A stretch of DNA of 64,000 nt, from the NCBI GenBank assembly GCA_016792765.1, contig JAEULD010000051.1, positions 1,774 to 65,773 of the forward strand, written 5' to 3'. Within the stretch, counting starts at the first letter, position 1, and every line of letters starts with the position of its first letter. Shown piece after piece: positions 34,102 through 46,312 of the stretch. Both the position numbers and the translations under genes were made by a program. The notes beneath the pieces were generated by a model. That model was given only the letters and a program-made list of their open reading frames with translations, was not told the DNA's origin and searched no databases. This DNA comes from Candidatus Odyssella sp. Lineage in GTDB: Bacteria > Pseudomonadota > Alphaproteobacteria > Bin65.

Positions 34102-35406
34102 CTATCCTTTTCCGATCATGCGGTCGGGCAGGAAGGTGACGAGGCCGGGCAGGAAATAGATCAGCAGCACGGCCACGACCATGAGCAGGAACATCGGCAC
34201 GGCCGTGCGCGCGACGTAGGTCATCTGCCGGCCGGTCATGCCCTGCAGCACGAACAGGTTGAAGCCGACCGGCGGCGTGATCTGCGCCATCTCGACGACG
34301 AGGACGACGAAGATGCCGAACCAGATGAGGTCGATGCCGGCCTTCTGCACCGTCGGCAGGATGATGGCCATCGTCAGCACGACCATCGAGATGCCGTCCA
34401 GGAAGCAGCCGAGCACGATGTAGAAGATGGTCAGCGCCGCGATGAGCGCGAACTGCGAGAGGCCGAGCCCGGCGATGAAATCCGCGAGCGCGCGCGGCAG
34501 GCCGATATAGCCCATCGCGATCGTCAGAAACTGCGCGCCGGCGAGGATCAGCGCGATCATGCAATACAGGCGCGTGGCGCCCATGAGGCTCGTGCGGAAC
34601 GTCTCGCGCGTCAGCGACCCCTGCACGGCCGAAAGCGCGAGCGCGCCGACGACGCCGAACGCGGCCGCCTCGGTCGCCGTCGCCCAGCCGAGATAGATCG
34701 AGCCGAGCACGAACAGGATCAGGATGACGACCGGAATGAGGTGGCGCGAAGCCGCGATTCGCTGCCCGAACGTCAAACCGCCCTCGGCCGGCGGTATCGC
34801 GCGGGGGTTCATCAGCGCCCACACGATCACGTAGCCCATGAACAGCAGCGACAGCATGATTCCGGGCACGATGCCCGCGATGAACAGCTTCGCGATCGAG
34901 ACCTCGGCCGACACGCCGTAGACGATCATGATGATCGAGGGCGGAATCAGCAGGCCGAGCGTGCCGGCGCCGGCGAGCGTGCCGATCACCTTGTCGTCGG
35001 GATAGCCGCGCTTCTTCAGCTCCGGCAGCGTCATCTTGCCGATCGTCGCGCAAGTCGCGGCCGACGAGCCCGAGACGGCGGCGAAGATCGCGCAGCCGAC
35101 GATGTTCGTATGCAGCAGGCGCCCGGGCAGCCATTGCAGCCACGGCGAGAGGCCCTTGAACATGTCCTCCGAAAGGCGCGTGCGGAACAGGATCTCGCCC
35201 ATCCACACGAACAGCGGCAGCGCGGTGAGCGTCCACGACGAGGCGGCGCCCCAGATCGTCACCGCCATCGCGTCGCCGGCCGGACGCGTCGAGAACAGGA
35301 TCATGCCGATCCAGGCGACGCCGCCGAGCGCGAGCCCGATCCATACGCCGCTGCCGAGCAGCGCGAACAGAACCACGATCAGCAACACGGCGACGAGGAT
35401 GTCCAT
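34102..35406 (-). CDS. dctM: TRAP transporter large permease (DctM family)
   Basis: 434 aa polytopic protein with typical DctM sequence, in an operon with the Q and P components. Confidence 0.92.
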   Translation of the reverse strand: MDILVAVLLIVVLFALLGSGVWIGLALGGVAWIGMILFSTRPAGDAMAVTIWGAASSWTLTALPLFVWMGEILFRTRLSEDMFKGLSPWLQWLPGRLLHTNIVGCAIFAAVSGSSAATCATIGKMTLPELKKRGYPDDKVIGTLAGAGTLGLLIPPSIIMIVYGVSAEVSIAKLFIAGIVPGIMLSLLFMGYVIVWALMNPRAIPPAEGGLTFGQRIAASRHLIPVVILILFVLGSIYLGWATATEAAAFGVVGALALSAVQGSLTRETFRTSLMGATRLYCMIALILAGAQFLTIAMGYIGLPRALADFIAGLGLSQFALIAALTIFYIVLGCFLDGISMVVLTMAIILPTVQKAGIDLIWFGIFVVLVVEMAQITPPVGFNLFVLQGMTGRQMTYVARTAVPMFLLMVVAVLLIYFLPGLVTFLPDRMIGKG

Positions 35407-35415
35407 CTCCGCGGC

Positions 35416-35928
35416 CTATTCGTGATGCGTGGCTTCGGCGCCGGCCGCCGGCGGACGCCGCGTGCCGCGCCACTCGATCACGAGCTCGTCGACGAATGCG
35501 ACGAACAGCACGACCGTGCCCGCGGACATCGCGAGCTGGGGAATCCACAGCGGCGTCGCGTCGTTGGCCGTGGAGACGTCGTTGAACGCGTAAGACTGCC
35601 AGGCGAGCCGCACGCTGAAGACGGCAAACAGCGCGGCCAGCAACGTCGCCGCCGCGTAAGACCAGAGCTGCAGGGCGCGGCGCAGCCGCGGCCCGGCCTT
35701 CTGCAGGATCAGCTCGACGCGGATGTGCTCGCCGCGCTTCAGCGTGTGAGCGAGGGCGAGGAACGCGCAGGCCGCCATCGCATAGCCGGCATAGGCGTCG
35801 GTGCCGCGGACGTAGAACGAGAAGAACCGCCCCGCGATGCCGACGCCCACCCAAACGAGAGTCATCACCAAGAAAAACGCCGCCAGGTAACCGGCGGCGT
35901 CGTAGAGCGCGTCGAGAGCGCGACGCAT
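35416..35928 (-). CDS. dctQ: TRAP transporter small permease (DctQ family)
   Basis: 170 aa with 4 TM helices. Its ATG 35928 overlaps the dctP stop by 1 nt (TAATG). Confidence 0.85.
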   Translation of the reverse strand: MRRALDALYDAAGYLAAFFLVMTLVWVGVGIAGRFFSFYVRGTDAYAGYAMAACAFLALAHTLKRGEHIRVELILQKAGPRLRRALQLWSYAAATLLAALFAVFSVRLAWQSYAFNDVSTANDATPLWIPQLAMSAGTVVLFVAFVDELVIEWRGTRRPPAAGAEATHHE

Positions 35929-36899
35929 TACATCTTCTTGTAGGTGTCGACGAGCTTCTGGCCGTCGCCGCCGGCTTTCTTGAGCCAGTCGCCGAGCAGC
36001 GCCTCGCCGGCTTTCTTGAGATCGGCGGAGAGCTGCGGCGAAGGCTTCTCGATCGACATGCCCTTGGCCTTCAACTGGTCGACGTACCAGCCGTTCTTCT
36101 CTTCGGAGATCTTCCAGCCGCGCGTCTCGGCGGCGGCGGCGGCCTTCGACACGGCGTCCTGCTCGCCCTTGCCGAGCGAGTCCCAGGCCTTCTTGTTCAC
36201 GATCACGGCGTTCTTCGGCAGCCAGGCCTGGGTGTCGTACCAATACTTCACGTGCTCGTAGGTCTTGGTGTCGAAGCCCGTCGAGCCCGAGGAAATGTAC
36301 GATTCGACGACGCCGGTCGCGAGCGCCTGCGCGAGCTCGGCGGCCTGGATCGTCACCGGCTGGGCGCCCACCAGCTCGGCGAGGCGCGCGGTGGCCGGGC
36401 TGTAAGAGCGGAACTTGAGGCCTTTCATGTCGGCCGCGCTGGCGAGCGGCTTCTTGGAGTAGATGCCCTGCGGGGGCCACGGCACGGTGTAGAGCACCGT
36501 CATGCCCTGCTTCTCGAGCAGCGCCTGGATCATCGGCTTCTGCGCCTTCCAGAGCTTCATCGCGTCGGCGTAGCTCGTGGCGAGGAACGGCACGCCGTCG
36601 GCGCCATAGAGCGCGTTCTCGTTCTCGAAATTGACGAGCAGGATTTCGCCGAGCTGCGCCTGGTTGCCCTGCACGGCGCGCTTGATCTCCGGCGCCTTGA
36701 ACAGCGAGGCGTTGGCGTGAATCTGGATCTTGACCTTGCCGGCGGTGGCGGCGTCGACGTCCTTGGCGAACTGCGCCGCGTTCTCGGTGTGGAAGTTGGT
36801 GGCGGGATATGCCGTGGGCATGTCCCACTTGGTCTGTGCGCCGGCGAAGCCGGCCGACAACGCCGTGACCGCAGCCGCGGTCGCGAGAGCTCTCAGCAT
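35928..36899 (-). CDS. dctP: TRAP transporter substrate-binding protein (DctP family)
   Basis: ATG 36899 (MLRALATAAAVTALSAGFAGAQT) is preceded by GGGAGGAG. It has a DctP-type periplasmic binding fold. Confidence 0.9.
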   Translation of the reverse strand: MLRALATAAAVTALSAGFAGAQTKWDMPTAYPATNFHTENAAQFAKDVDAATAGKVKIQIHANASLFKAPEIKRAVQGNQAQLGEILLVNFENENALYGADGVPFLATSYADAMKLWKAQKPMIQALLEKQGMTVLYTVPWPPQGIYSKKPLASAADMKGLKFRSYSPATARLAELVGAQPVTIQAAELAQALATGVVESYISSGSTGFDTKTYEHVKYWYDTQAWLPKNAVIVNKKAWDSLGKGEQDAVSKAAAAAETRGWKISEEKNGWYVDQLKAKGMSIEKPSPQLSADLKKAGEALLGDWLKKAGGDGQKLVDTYKKM

Positions 36900-37052
36900 A
36901 GCGTGACTCCTCCCGGTGTCGCTGGCCCGCATGCGACGGCACGCGGCGGAAGCACCTTGACTTCAATCTTGGGCGCGGAGGCGAGGGCGGTCAAGGCAGC
37001 ATGAATACTGCGCGCTTCGGCTGCACGGGGGAGTGGCGCCCCGTTTACCGCG

Positions 37053-38168
37053 CTACTGCACGACGATTTTCGGCGGCGCGCGGCGGGCGCCCGCGGGGGC
37101 GAGCTTCTCCAACAGCCGCCGCGCGATCCCGCGGTACGACGTCGCGTGCGGGCTGCCGGGCTGCGACACGACGATGGGCTGGCCGCTGTCGGATGTCTCG
37201 CGGATCGCGATGTCGAGCGGAATCTCGCCCAGGAACTCGACGCCGAGGCGCTCGGCCTCGCGGCGCGCGCCGCCATGCGCGAAGATGTCGGTGCGGTGGC
37301 CGCAGTTCGGGCACGAAAAGTAGCTCATGTTCTCGATGATGCCGAGCACCGGCACGTCGACCTTGCGGAACATGTTGAGGCCCTTGCGCGCATCGAGCAG
37401 CGCGATGTCCTGCGGCGTCGAGACGATGACCGCGCCGGCGAGCGGCACCTGCTGCGCGAGCGTGAGCTGCGCGTCGCCGGTGCCCGGCGGCATGTCGACG
37501 ACGAGGATATCGAGCTCTCCCCAGTTGACGTCGCGCAGCATCTGCTGGATCGCGCTCATCACCATCGGCCCGCGCCAGATCATCGGCGTCTCCTCGTCGA
37601 CGAGGAAGCCCATCGACATGATGGCGACGCCGTAGGCGCGCATCGGCTCGAGCGTCTTGCCGTCCGGCGTCGAGGGCTTGCCGCGCACGCCCATCATGCG
37701 CGGCATCGAGGGGCCGTAGACGTCGGCGTCGAGCAGGCCGATGCGCGCGCCTTCGGCGGCGAGCGCCAGCGCGAGGTTGGCCGCGGTCGTCGATTTGCCG
37801 ACGCCGCCCTTGCCCGACGCCACGGCGACGATCGAGCGGATGCCGGGCGCGGGCGATTTCGCCGGCGCCGCATGGGCGTGCCCCTGCGGCGCTCGCTGCG
37901 GCTGCGCCGGGCCGCCGGCGCGGTGCGCGGTCAAAACGACGGTGGCCGAGGTCACCCCGGGCAGGGCCTGGACGACGCGCTCCGCCTCCTGCCGCAGCGG
38001 CTCCAGCGATTGGCCACGGGCGGGATCGACCTCGATCGCGAAGGCGACGTTGCCGCCCTTCACGACCAGGCCCGACACCATGCCGAGGCCGACGATGTCG
38101 GCCTTGCGCGCCGGATCGGCGACCTTTCGCAGCGCCGCGAGCACCGCTTCTTCACTAACCGTGGGCAT
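37053..38168 (-). CDS. apbC: Mrp/NBP35 (ApbC) iron-sulfur cluster carrier ATPase
   Basis: 371 aa with an N-terminal DUF59-like domain, Walker A ASGKGGVGKST, and CxxC FSCPNCG. Confidence 0.92.
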   Translation of the reverse strand: MPTVSEEAVLAALRKVADPARKADIVGLGMVSGLVVKGGNVAFAIEVDPARGQSLEPLRQEAERVVQALPGVTSATVVLTAHRAGGPAQPQRAPQGHAHAAPAKSPAPGIRSIVAVASGKGGVGKSTTAANLALALAAEGARIGLLDADVYGPSMPRMMGVRGKPSTPDGKTLEPMRAYGVAIMSMGFLVDEETPMIWRGPMVMSAIQQMLRDVNWGELDILVVDMPPGTGDAQLTLAQQVPLAGAVIVSTPQDIALLDARKGLNMFRKVDVPVLGIIENMSYFSCPNCGHRTDIFAHGGARREAERLGVEFLGEIPLDIAIRETSDSGQPIVVSQPGSPHATSYRGIARRLLEKLAPAGARRAPPKIVVQ

Positions 38169-38348
38169 GATTGAATTTCCGCTCCTCCGACGCCAAATAT
38201 CGCGTTTCGGTTATCACTTAGGCGCGTTTCTCCGCCATATCCAGTATGCCGCCTTCATTGCGCCGCTATCCGGCCTACCCTATAAGCGGCGGCGTTTCAG
38301 CCGGGCGGCACGGACCTGAAGGCCGCCTCGGGAAGGAAAGATCAGATC

Positions 38349-39575
38349 ATGCCATGGAAGGACAATAGCAACTCGGGCGGCCCCTGGGGCGGCGCGAGCG
38401 GTAGCGGCAACGGCGGCAAGCCGCGCGGCCCGTGGGGCGGCGGCCCCAATCCGGGCGGCCGCGGCAGCGGCCCGTTCGGCGGCGGGCCGCCGAAGTTCGA
38501 GGACATGCTGCGCCGGGGCGGAGACCGGATGAAAGGCATCCTGCCGGGCGGCCTCGGCTCGCCGCGCGGCATCGGCATCATCGGCCTCGTGGCGGTCGTG
38601 GGCTGGCTGATGACCGGCTGGTACCAGGTCGGCCCCAACGAAGCGGGCGTCGAGACCGTGTTCGGCCGCATGACGTCGCTGACCGGCCAGGGCCTGCATT
38701 GGAACTGGCCGTCGCCGATCGGCGCGGTCCAGAAGCCGAACGTCACCGCGATCCGGCAGACTCCGGTCGGTTTCGTCTCCGCGGGCGGTCGGGCCGGGCA
38801 GAGCCGTTCGCTGGAGCGCGAGAGCCTGATGCTCACCGGCGACGAGAACATCATCGACATCCAGGCGACGGTCCTGTGGCAGGTGGATTTCGCGCCGCGG
38901 GCGGTGACCCAGGGCGGGCAGGTGCGCGAGGCCTCCGTCGGCATCCGCAATTTCGTCTTCAACATCCGCCGGCCCGAGCAGACGGTGAAGGACGCTGCCG
39001 AGGCGGCGCTGCGCGAGATCGTCGGCCGCCGCGACTTCGAGGTGATCCGCACCTCGGCGCGCGCGGAAATCGAGGAAGAGGCGAAGCGGCACATCCAGGA
39101 GATCCTCGATCTCTACAACACGGGCGTGCGCGTGACCGGCGTGCAGCTCCAGAAGATCGACCCCCCGACCAAAGTCCTCGACGCGTTCCGCGACGTGCAG
39201 GCGGCGCGCGCCGATCGCGAGCGCCTCATCAACGAGGCGCAGGCCTACCGCAACAAGGAAGTGCAGCAGGCCGAAGGCAACGCCGAGCGAATCACGCGCG
39301 CCGGCGAGGCCTACAAGGCCGAGCGGATCGCGATCGCCGAGGGCGAATCGCGCCGGTTCCTGTCGGTGTTCGAGCAATACAAGAGCGCGAAAGACATCAC
39401 GCGCCAGCGCATCTATCTCGAGACGATGCGCGACGTGCTCATGAAGATGGACAAGGTGCTGATCGACGCCGGCAAGAACGGCAGCGGCGTCGTGCCCTAT
39501 CTGCCGCTCGACAGCCTGCGCACCGCGCCCGCGCGGCCGGCGCCCGGCGAAACGCGCCCCGGAGGGCAGCAGTAA
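38349..39575 (+). CDS. hflK: FtsH protease modulator HflK
   Basis: 408 aa with a Gly-rich N-terminus, a TM helix, and an SPFH domain. Confidence 0.93.
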   Translation: MPWKDNSNSGGPWGGASGSGNGGKPRGPWGGGPNPGGRGSGPFGGGPPKFEDMLRRGGDRMKGILPGGLGSPRGIGIIGLVAVVGWLMTGWYQVGPNEAGVETVFGRMTSLTGQGLHWNWPSPIGAVQKPNVTAIRQTPVGFVSAGGRAGQSRSLERESLMLTGDENIIDIQATVLWQVDFAPRAVTQGGQVREASVGIRNFVFNIRRPEQTVKDAAEAALREIVGRRDFEVIRTSARAEIEEEAKRHIQEILDLYNTGVRVTGVQLQKIDPPTKVLDAFRDVQAARADRERLINEAQAYRNKEVQQAEGNAERITRAGEAYKAERIAIAEGESRRFLSVFEQYKSAKDITRQRIYLETMRDVLMKMDKVLIDAGKNGSGVVPYLPLDSLRTAPARPAPGETRPGGQQ

Positions 39576-40492
39576 TGTCCAAGAAGCTCATCGCCGCCGG
39601 CGTCGGCGTCATCGCGCTCGGCATCGTCGGCCTGTCCTCGGTCTTCACGGTGAAAGAGGCCGAGCAGGCGATCGTCCTCCAGTTCGGCGCGTTCGTTCGT
39701 CTCGAGAGCAAGCCCGGCCTGCATTTCAAGGCGCCGTTCATCCAGAACGTGAGCTATTTCGACCGGCGCGTGCTCGACTTCGAGGCCGATCTCGGCGAAA
39801 TCAACACCTCGGACCAGAAGCAGACCGTCGTCGACACCTACACGCGCTATCGCATCACCGATGCGCTGAAGTTCTTCCAGACCGCTCGCTCGATCGAGAG
39901 CTTCGAGGCGCGCCGCGACGACGCGCCGCTCAACGCGATCATCAAATCGAACGTGCGCCAGGTGATCAGCCGCGTCGATCTCGCCACGCTGCTGACGGCC
40001 AAGCGGGCCGAAGTGATGAAAGAAATCACCAAGCGCGTGCATGGCGAAATGGAGCGCTTCGGCGTCGAGGTGATCGACGTGCGTCTGAAGCGCATCGACC
40101 TGCCGCAGCAGAACGCCGACGCGGTCCAGCAGCGCATGGAAACGCAACGCCGGCAGGAAGCGATCCGCATCCGCGCCGAGGGCGACAAGGAATCGCAAAC
40201 GATCCGCGCCGACGCCGACAAGCGGGTGCGCGTGATCCGCGCCGAGGCCGAGCAGAAGGCCAACATCCTGCGCGGCGAGGGCGAGGGCACGGCGCAGGAA
40301 ATCTTCAACCGCGCATTCGGCCAGGACAAGGAGTTCTTCGAGTTCTGGCAGTGCATGCAGACCGTCCGCGAGGGGCTCACGAGCGGCACGCGCATGGTCG
40401 GCACGCCGTCGGCCGAATTGCTGTTCCAGCTCTGCCGCAACCCGCGCCAGGGGGCGGCCCCCGCGGAGCCGCGCCGCGCCGACAGCCAATAG
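39575..40492 (+). CDS. hflC: FtsH protease modulator HflC
   Basis: 305 aa in the frame of track ORF 38432..40492. Its ATG overlaps the hflK stop (TAATG). It has an SPFH domain. Confidence 0.92.
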   Translation: MSKKLIAAGVGVIALGIVGLSSVFTVKEAEQAIVLQFGAFVRLESKPGLHFKAPFIQNVSYFDRRVLDFEADLGEINTSDQKQTVVDTYTRYRITDALKFFQTARSIESFEARRDDAPLNAIIKSNVRQVISRVDLATLLTAKRAEVMKEITKRVHGEMERFGVEVIDVRLKRIDLPQQNADAVQQRMETQRRQEAIRIRAEGDKESQTIRADADKRVRVIRAEAEQKANILRGEGEGTAQEIFNRAFGQDKEFFEFWQCMQTVREGLTSGTRMVGTPSAELLFQLCRNPRQGAAPAEPRRADSQ

Positions 40493-40541
40493 GCGCGCCC
40501 GGCGCGCGAGCCGCGGCCCGCGAGGGGCGGGCGAGGGGACG

Positions 40542-40727
40542 ATGGACGACTTCCTGACCGCGATGGCCCTGGTCCTGGTGATCGAGGGCGGGCTCTACGC
40601 CCTGTTCCCGCAAGGCATGCGGCGGATGATGGCGCAGATGCAGGAGGTGCCCGAGAGCCGCCTGCGCGTCATGGGCCTCGTCGGCGCCGTGCTCGGCGTT
40701 GCCGGCGTCTGGCTGCTGCGCGGCTGA
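40542..40727 (+). CDS. DUF2065 small membrane protein
   Basis: 61 aa with two TM helices. It occupies the conserved position between hflC and degP in alphaproteobacteria. Confidence 0.75.
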   Translation: MDDFLTAMALVLVIEGGLYALFPQGMRRMMAQMQEVPESRLRVMGLVGAVLGVAGVWLLRG

Positions 40728-40906
40728 GGCGCCGCCCGCGAGCGCCGGCGTCGCGCCGAAATCGGGCCACGAAGCGGTTGGCCCGACACCGGATTTTCGC
40801 CATATTCGGACTGTCTCGTCCGCGGTGCGCGTTCCCGCGCCGCCGTGCGTTCAGGCTCACGAGACGGCGTGCGCCCAGCTCCCATCGCATCCGGAGATCT
40901 CGCCCC

Positions 40907-42421
40907 GTGACATCCGCAAAGCTTCGCACTCCGCGCCGCCTCGGCTCCCATGCCGCCGCCGGCGCGCTGCTGTTCGCGCTCGGCCTCGGCGCCGCCGCCC
41001 CGCTCGGCATCGGCCTGACCGCGGCGGTCGCCCAGACCAAGGACTCGCCGCCCGCGACCGCGCCCAAGACGGCCGAACAGGCGCTGCCCGATCTCATCGA
41101 GAGGCTGGTGCCCTCGGTGGTGAACATCGCCACGATCTCGGGCCAGGCGCAGGCGCGCCCGGCGCAGCGCCCCGATGCGCCGTTCGACGAGTATTTCCGC
41201 GACTATTTCGAGCGCAATCAGGGTCCGCGCCAAGGGTCGGCGGTGGGCTCGGGCTTCATCATCTCGCCCGACGGCTACGTCGTGACCAACAATCACGTCA
41301 TCGCCAACGCCACCGAGATCAAGGTGATCCTGTGGGACGGCACCTCGCTGCCGGCCAAGCTCGTCGGCAAGGATCCGCGCGCCGATCTCGCGCTGCTCAA
41401 GGTGGAGTCGACGCAGAAGTTCACGCCGGTCACCTGGGGCAAGTCGGAAACCGTGCGGCTCGGCGAGACGGTGATCGCGATCGGCAACCCGTTCGGCCTC
41501 GGCGGAACGGTGACGACCGGCATCATCTCGGCCCAGCACCGCCACCTCTCGAACTTCGGCGGCATCCCGGGCTCGTCCTTCGTCGATTTCCTGCAGACCG
41601 ACGCCGCGATCAACAAGGGCAATTCCGGCGGCCCGCTCTTCAACATGAAGGGCGAGGTGATCGGCATCAACACGGCGATCTATTCGCGCCAGGGCACCAA
41701 TGTCGGCATCGCGTTCTCGGTGCCGTCCGACCTCGCCGTGCCGATCATCGAGCAGCTCAAGAAGCACGGCAAGACGATGCGCGGCTGGCTCGGCGTGCAG
41801 ATCAAGGAAGTGGACGAAGACCTCGTCAAGGCGCTCAACCTCAAGAGCCGCGCGGGTGCCGTCGTCGTCAATTCGGTTCCGGGCGGCCCTGCCGCGCAGG
41901 CGGGCATCCTGGCCGGCGACGTCATCGTCCGTTTCGACGGGCGCGCCGTGCCGAACGACAAGCGCCTGCCGCAGATCGTCGCCGGCACCGAGGTCGGCAA
42001 GACGGTCGACGTCGTGCTGATCCGCAAGGGTCAGGAGATGACCGTCAAGGTGAAGCTCGGCGAGCTCGAGAAGGCGGCCGACGCCAAGACCGAGGAGAAG
42101 GCGCCCGGCACGCCGCCCGCGCCCGGCACGCCGGTGCTCGGCATGAAGCTCTCCGAACTCAATGCGGAGACGCGCCAGCGTTTCAACATCCAGGGCGGCG
42201 AGGGCGTCGTCGTCACCGAGGTCGATCCGAAGAGCCAGGCCAACGAAAAGGGCGTGAAGGCCGGCGACGTCATCGTCGAAATGGATCTCACCAAGGTCAC
42301 GAAACCCGCCGAGATCTCCGATCTTCTCAAGAAGGCCGAAGAGGGCCGCAAGACCTCCGTGCTGCTGCTCGTGCAGCGCGGCGAGGACCGCCGCTTCGTG
42401 GCGCTCCGCATCGGCGGCTGA
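40907..42421 (+). CDS. degP: Do-family periplasmic serine endoprotease (DegP/DegQ/HtrA)
   Basis: Catalytic triad contexts TNNHVI, DLALLKV, and GNSGGPLF, plus two PDZ domains. GTG 40907 was chosen inside track ORF 40778..42421 because it gives a signal peptide. The start is uncertain. Confidence 0.9.
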   Translation: MTSAKLRTPRRLGSHAAAGALLFALGLGAAAPLGIGLTAAVAQTKDSPPATAPKTAEQALPDLIERLVPSVVNIATISGQAQARPAQRPDAPFDEYFRDYFERNQGPRQGSAVGSGFIISPDGYVVTNNHVIANATEIKVILWDGTSLPAKLVGKDPRADLALLKVESTQKFTPVTWGKSETVRLGETVIAIGNPFGLGGTVTTGIISAQHRHLSNFGGIPGSSFVDFLQTDAAINKGNSGGPLFNMKGEVIGINTAIYSRQGTNVGIAFSVPSDLAVPIIEQLKKHGKTMRGWLGVQIKEVDEDLVKALNLKSRAGAVVVNSVPGGPAAQAGILAGDVIVRFDGRAVPNDKRLPQIVAGTEVGKTVDVVLIRKGQEMTVKVKLGELEKAADAKTEEKAPGTPPAPGTPVLGMKLSELNAETRQRFNIQGGEGVVVTEVDPKSQANEKGVKAGDVIVEMDLTKVTKPAEISDLLKKAEEGRKTSVLLLVQRGEDRRFVALRIGG

Positions 42422-42494
42422 AGACCGTCGGCGTCACCCGACCGTGGCCGCGCCGAGGCGAGAGCTTCGGCGCGGTCGTTCTTGCCCCGTAGGA

Positions 42495-43397
42495 TCAGCC
42501 GCCGGCCGCGAACTCGCTATGCCGGTAGCCCTGGAGATACAGCAGCGCCGTGAGATCGCCGTGGTCGATCGCCACCGGCGCCACGGCCTTGAGCGCGGGC
42601 TTCGCGCGGAAGGCGACGCCGGTGCCCGCCAGGCGGATCATTTCGATGTCGTTGGCGCCGTCGCCGACGGCGATCGTGTCGGCGATGTCGAGCTGCAGCT
42701 CGCGGCAGAGCGAGACCAGCGCCTCGCGCTTGGCTTCGCGGCCGAGGATCGGCTCCGCCACGGTTCCCGCGACGACGCCGTCGCGGATCAGGAGATCGTT
42801 CGCATAGTGCCAGTCGAAGCCGACCCGCGGGGCGACATAGCCCGTGTAGACGCGGAACCCGCCCGAGACGAGCGCGCACCTGGCGCCGTGCGCGCGCATC
42901 GTGGCCACGAGCGCATGGGCGCCGGGCATGAACACGATGCGCTCGCAGGTTTCCTTGAGCGCGGTTTCCTCGAGGCCGCCCAGCAGCGTCACCCGCTCGC
43001 GCAGGGCCTGCTGGAAGCGGATTTCGCCGTTCATCGCGCGGCGCGTGATGTCGGCCACCTGCTCGCCGACGCCCACCAGCGCCGCCAGCTCGTCCACCAT
43101 CTCGTTGACGATGATCGTCGACTCCATGTCGGCGACGAGCAGCTTCTTGCGGCGCCCTTCCGCCGGCTGTACGACCGCGTCCACCGGCCGGCCGGCCAGC
43201 GCCTTTTCCGCGATTTCGCGCAGCGCCGGCGCGGGCGGGGCGTCGAGCGCGATGTCGCACGCGATGCCGGGAGCCAGCCAATCGATGTCGCCCGTCTTCT
43301 CGCCCGCCGCGCGCAGCGCGCGCCACGCCGCCAGTGCCGTCTCCGGCGTAAGCTTGGCGGTCGCCGGATCGGCGATGAGCGTGAGGACGGAACGCAT
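42495..43397 (-). CDS. serB: phosphoserine phosphatase SerB
   Basis: 300 aa with HAD motifs ADMESTII and GDGANDIEM. Confidence 0.9.
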   Translation of the reverse strand: MRSVLTLIADPATAKLTPETALAAWRALRAAGEKTGDIDWLAPGIACDIALDAPPAPALREIAEKALAGRPVDAVVQPAEGRRKKLLVADMESTIIVNEMVDELAALVGVGEQVADITRRAMNGEIRFQQALRERVTLLGGLEETALKETCERIVFMPGAHALVATMRAHGARCALVSGGFRVYTGYVAPRVGFDWHYANDLLIRDGVVAGTVAEPILGREAKREALVSLCRELQLDIADTIAVGDGANDIEMIRLAGTGVAFRAKPALKAVAPVAIDHGDLTALLYLQGYRHSEFAAGG

Positions 43398-43436
43398 CGG
43401 CTGGAACCCCCGAGGGCGCTGTCTTAGAGGCCGTGC

Positions 43437-44441
43437 GTGACGCGCGACAAGCAGCCAGATTCCGCCGCGTCAGAGCGCCGCAAGGGAATGCCGCGGCGGT
43501 GCGCGGTGGCGTTCGGCGGGCCCACCGCCTGCGGAAAATCGGCGGCGGCGCTGGCGGCGGCGAAGGAATTCGGCGCCCGCGGCCCCGGCGCCGTCGTCAT
43601 CAATGCCGACAGCATGCAGGTGTATCGCGAACTCGCGATCCTCACCGCTCGGCCCGACGCGGCGGCGATGGCCGCCGTGCCGCACCGGCTCTACGGCGTG
43701 CTGTCCGCGGGCGACGCCTGCTCGGCCGGGCGCTGGCGCGCGATGGCCTTGGCCGAGATCGACGCGGCGCTGGCCGCGGGCAAGCTGCCGATCCTCGCGG
43801 GCGGCACCGGCCTCTATCTCGAGGTGCTGCGCAACGGCCTCGCGCCGGTTCCGCCGATACCGGCCGACATCCGCGCGCAAGCGCAAGCGCACATGGCCGC
43901 GGAAGACGGGCCCGCGCTGCATGCGCGGCTCGCGCGCATCGATCCCGCGGCGGCGGCGGCGCTGCGCCCCGGCGACCGCCAGCGCATCGCCCGCGCCTGG
44001 CAGGTGATGACGGCGACGGGGCGCTCCATTCTCGACTGGCAACGCGACGCGGGCCAGGCGGAAGACGCGCCCGAACTCGCGACCTTCCTGTTCCTGCCCG
44101 AGCGCTCGGCGCTCTATGCCGCCTGCGACCGCCGCTTCGCGCAGATGATCGAGGCGGGCGCGGTCGAGGAAGTGGAGTCGATGCTGGCACTGGGCCTCGA
44201 TCCCGGCCTGCCCGCGATGAAGGCGGTGGGCGTGCGCGAGATCGCGGCCTATCTGCGCGGCGAGATCGGGCGCGCCGAAATGATCGCGCGCGGCCAGCGG
44301 GCGACGCGCCAATACGCGAAGCGGCAATACACCTGGTTCCGGCATCGCGTGCCCGCCTTGCGCGTCTTCGATGAGCAATATTCGGAAAGACTGGACCGCG
44401 ACATATTTACGAATATTCGCGAATCGCGATTGACTTTGTAA
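43437..44441 (+). CDS. miaA: tRNA dimethylallyltransferase MiaA
   Basis: P-loop GGPTACGKS, plus NADSMQVYREL and AKRQYTWFRH. An alternative start at ATG 43488 is possible. Confidence 0.9.
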   Translation: MTRDKQPDSAASERRKGMPRRCAVAFGGPTACGKSAAALAAAKEFGARGPGAVVINADSMQVYRELAILTARPDAAAMAAVPHRLYGVLSAGDACSAGRWRAMALAEIDAALAAGKLPILAGGTGLYLEVLRNGLAPVPPIPADIRAQAQAHMAAEDGPALHARLARIDPAAAAALRPGDRQRIARAWQVMTATGRSILDWQRDAGQAEDAPELATFLFLPERSALYAACDRRFAQMIEAGAVEEVESMLALGLDPGLPAMKAVGVREIAAYLRGEIGRAEMIARGQRATRQYAKRQYTWFRHRVPALRVFDEQYSERLDRDIFTNIRESRLTL

Positions 44442-44537
44442 CGGTCGGTCTTTAGTACCCCGGGCGAGCCGCCGTTGCGCGCCCGCGCTTCGGCGGTATT
44501 CTTACGTGGAATTATGTTTCCTTTCGAGGACTTAGCG

Positions 44538-46310
<1,773 letters not shown>

Positions 46311-46312
46311 CG

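Noticed and set aside
36955-36996. Inverted repeat CCTTGAC-N28-GTCAAGG upstream of dctP, considered as a possible regulator operator.
   Set aside because: The arms are only 7 bp with a long spacer, and no cognate regulator gene is adjacent. This is insufficient evidence.
44475-44537. AT-rich, rare-codon stretch upstream of ilvI (MRARASAVFLRGIMFPFEDLA), considered as a branched-chain amino acid leader peptide.
   Set aside because: It is in frame and continuous with ilvI with no stop codon, so it is not an independent leader ORF. It is more likely untranslated 5' UTR, with the true start at ATG 44538.
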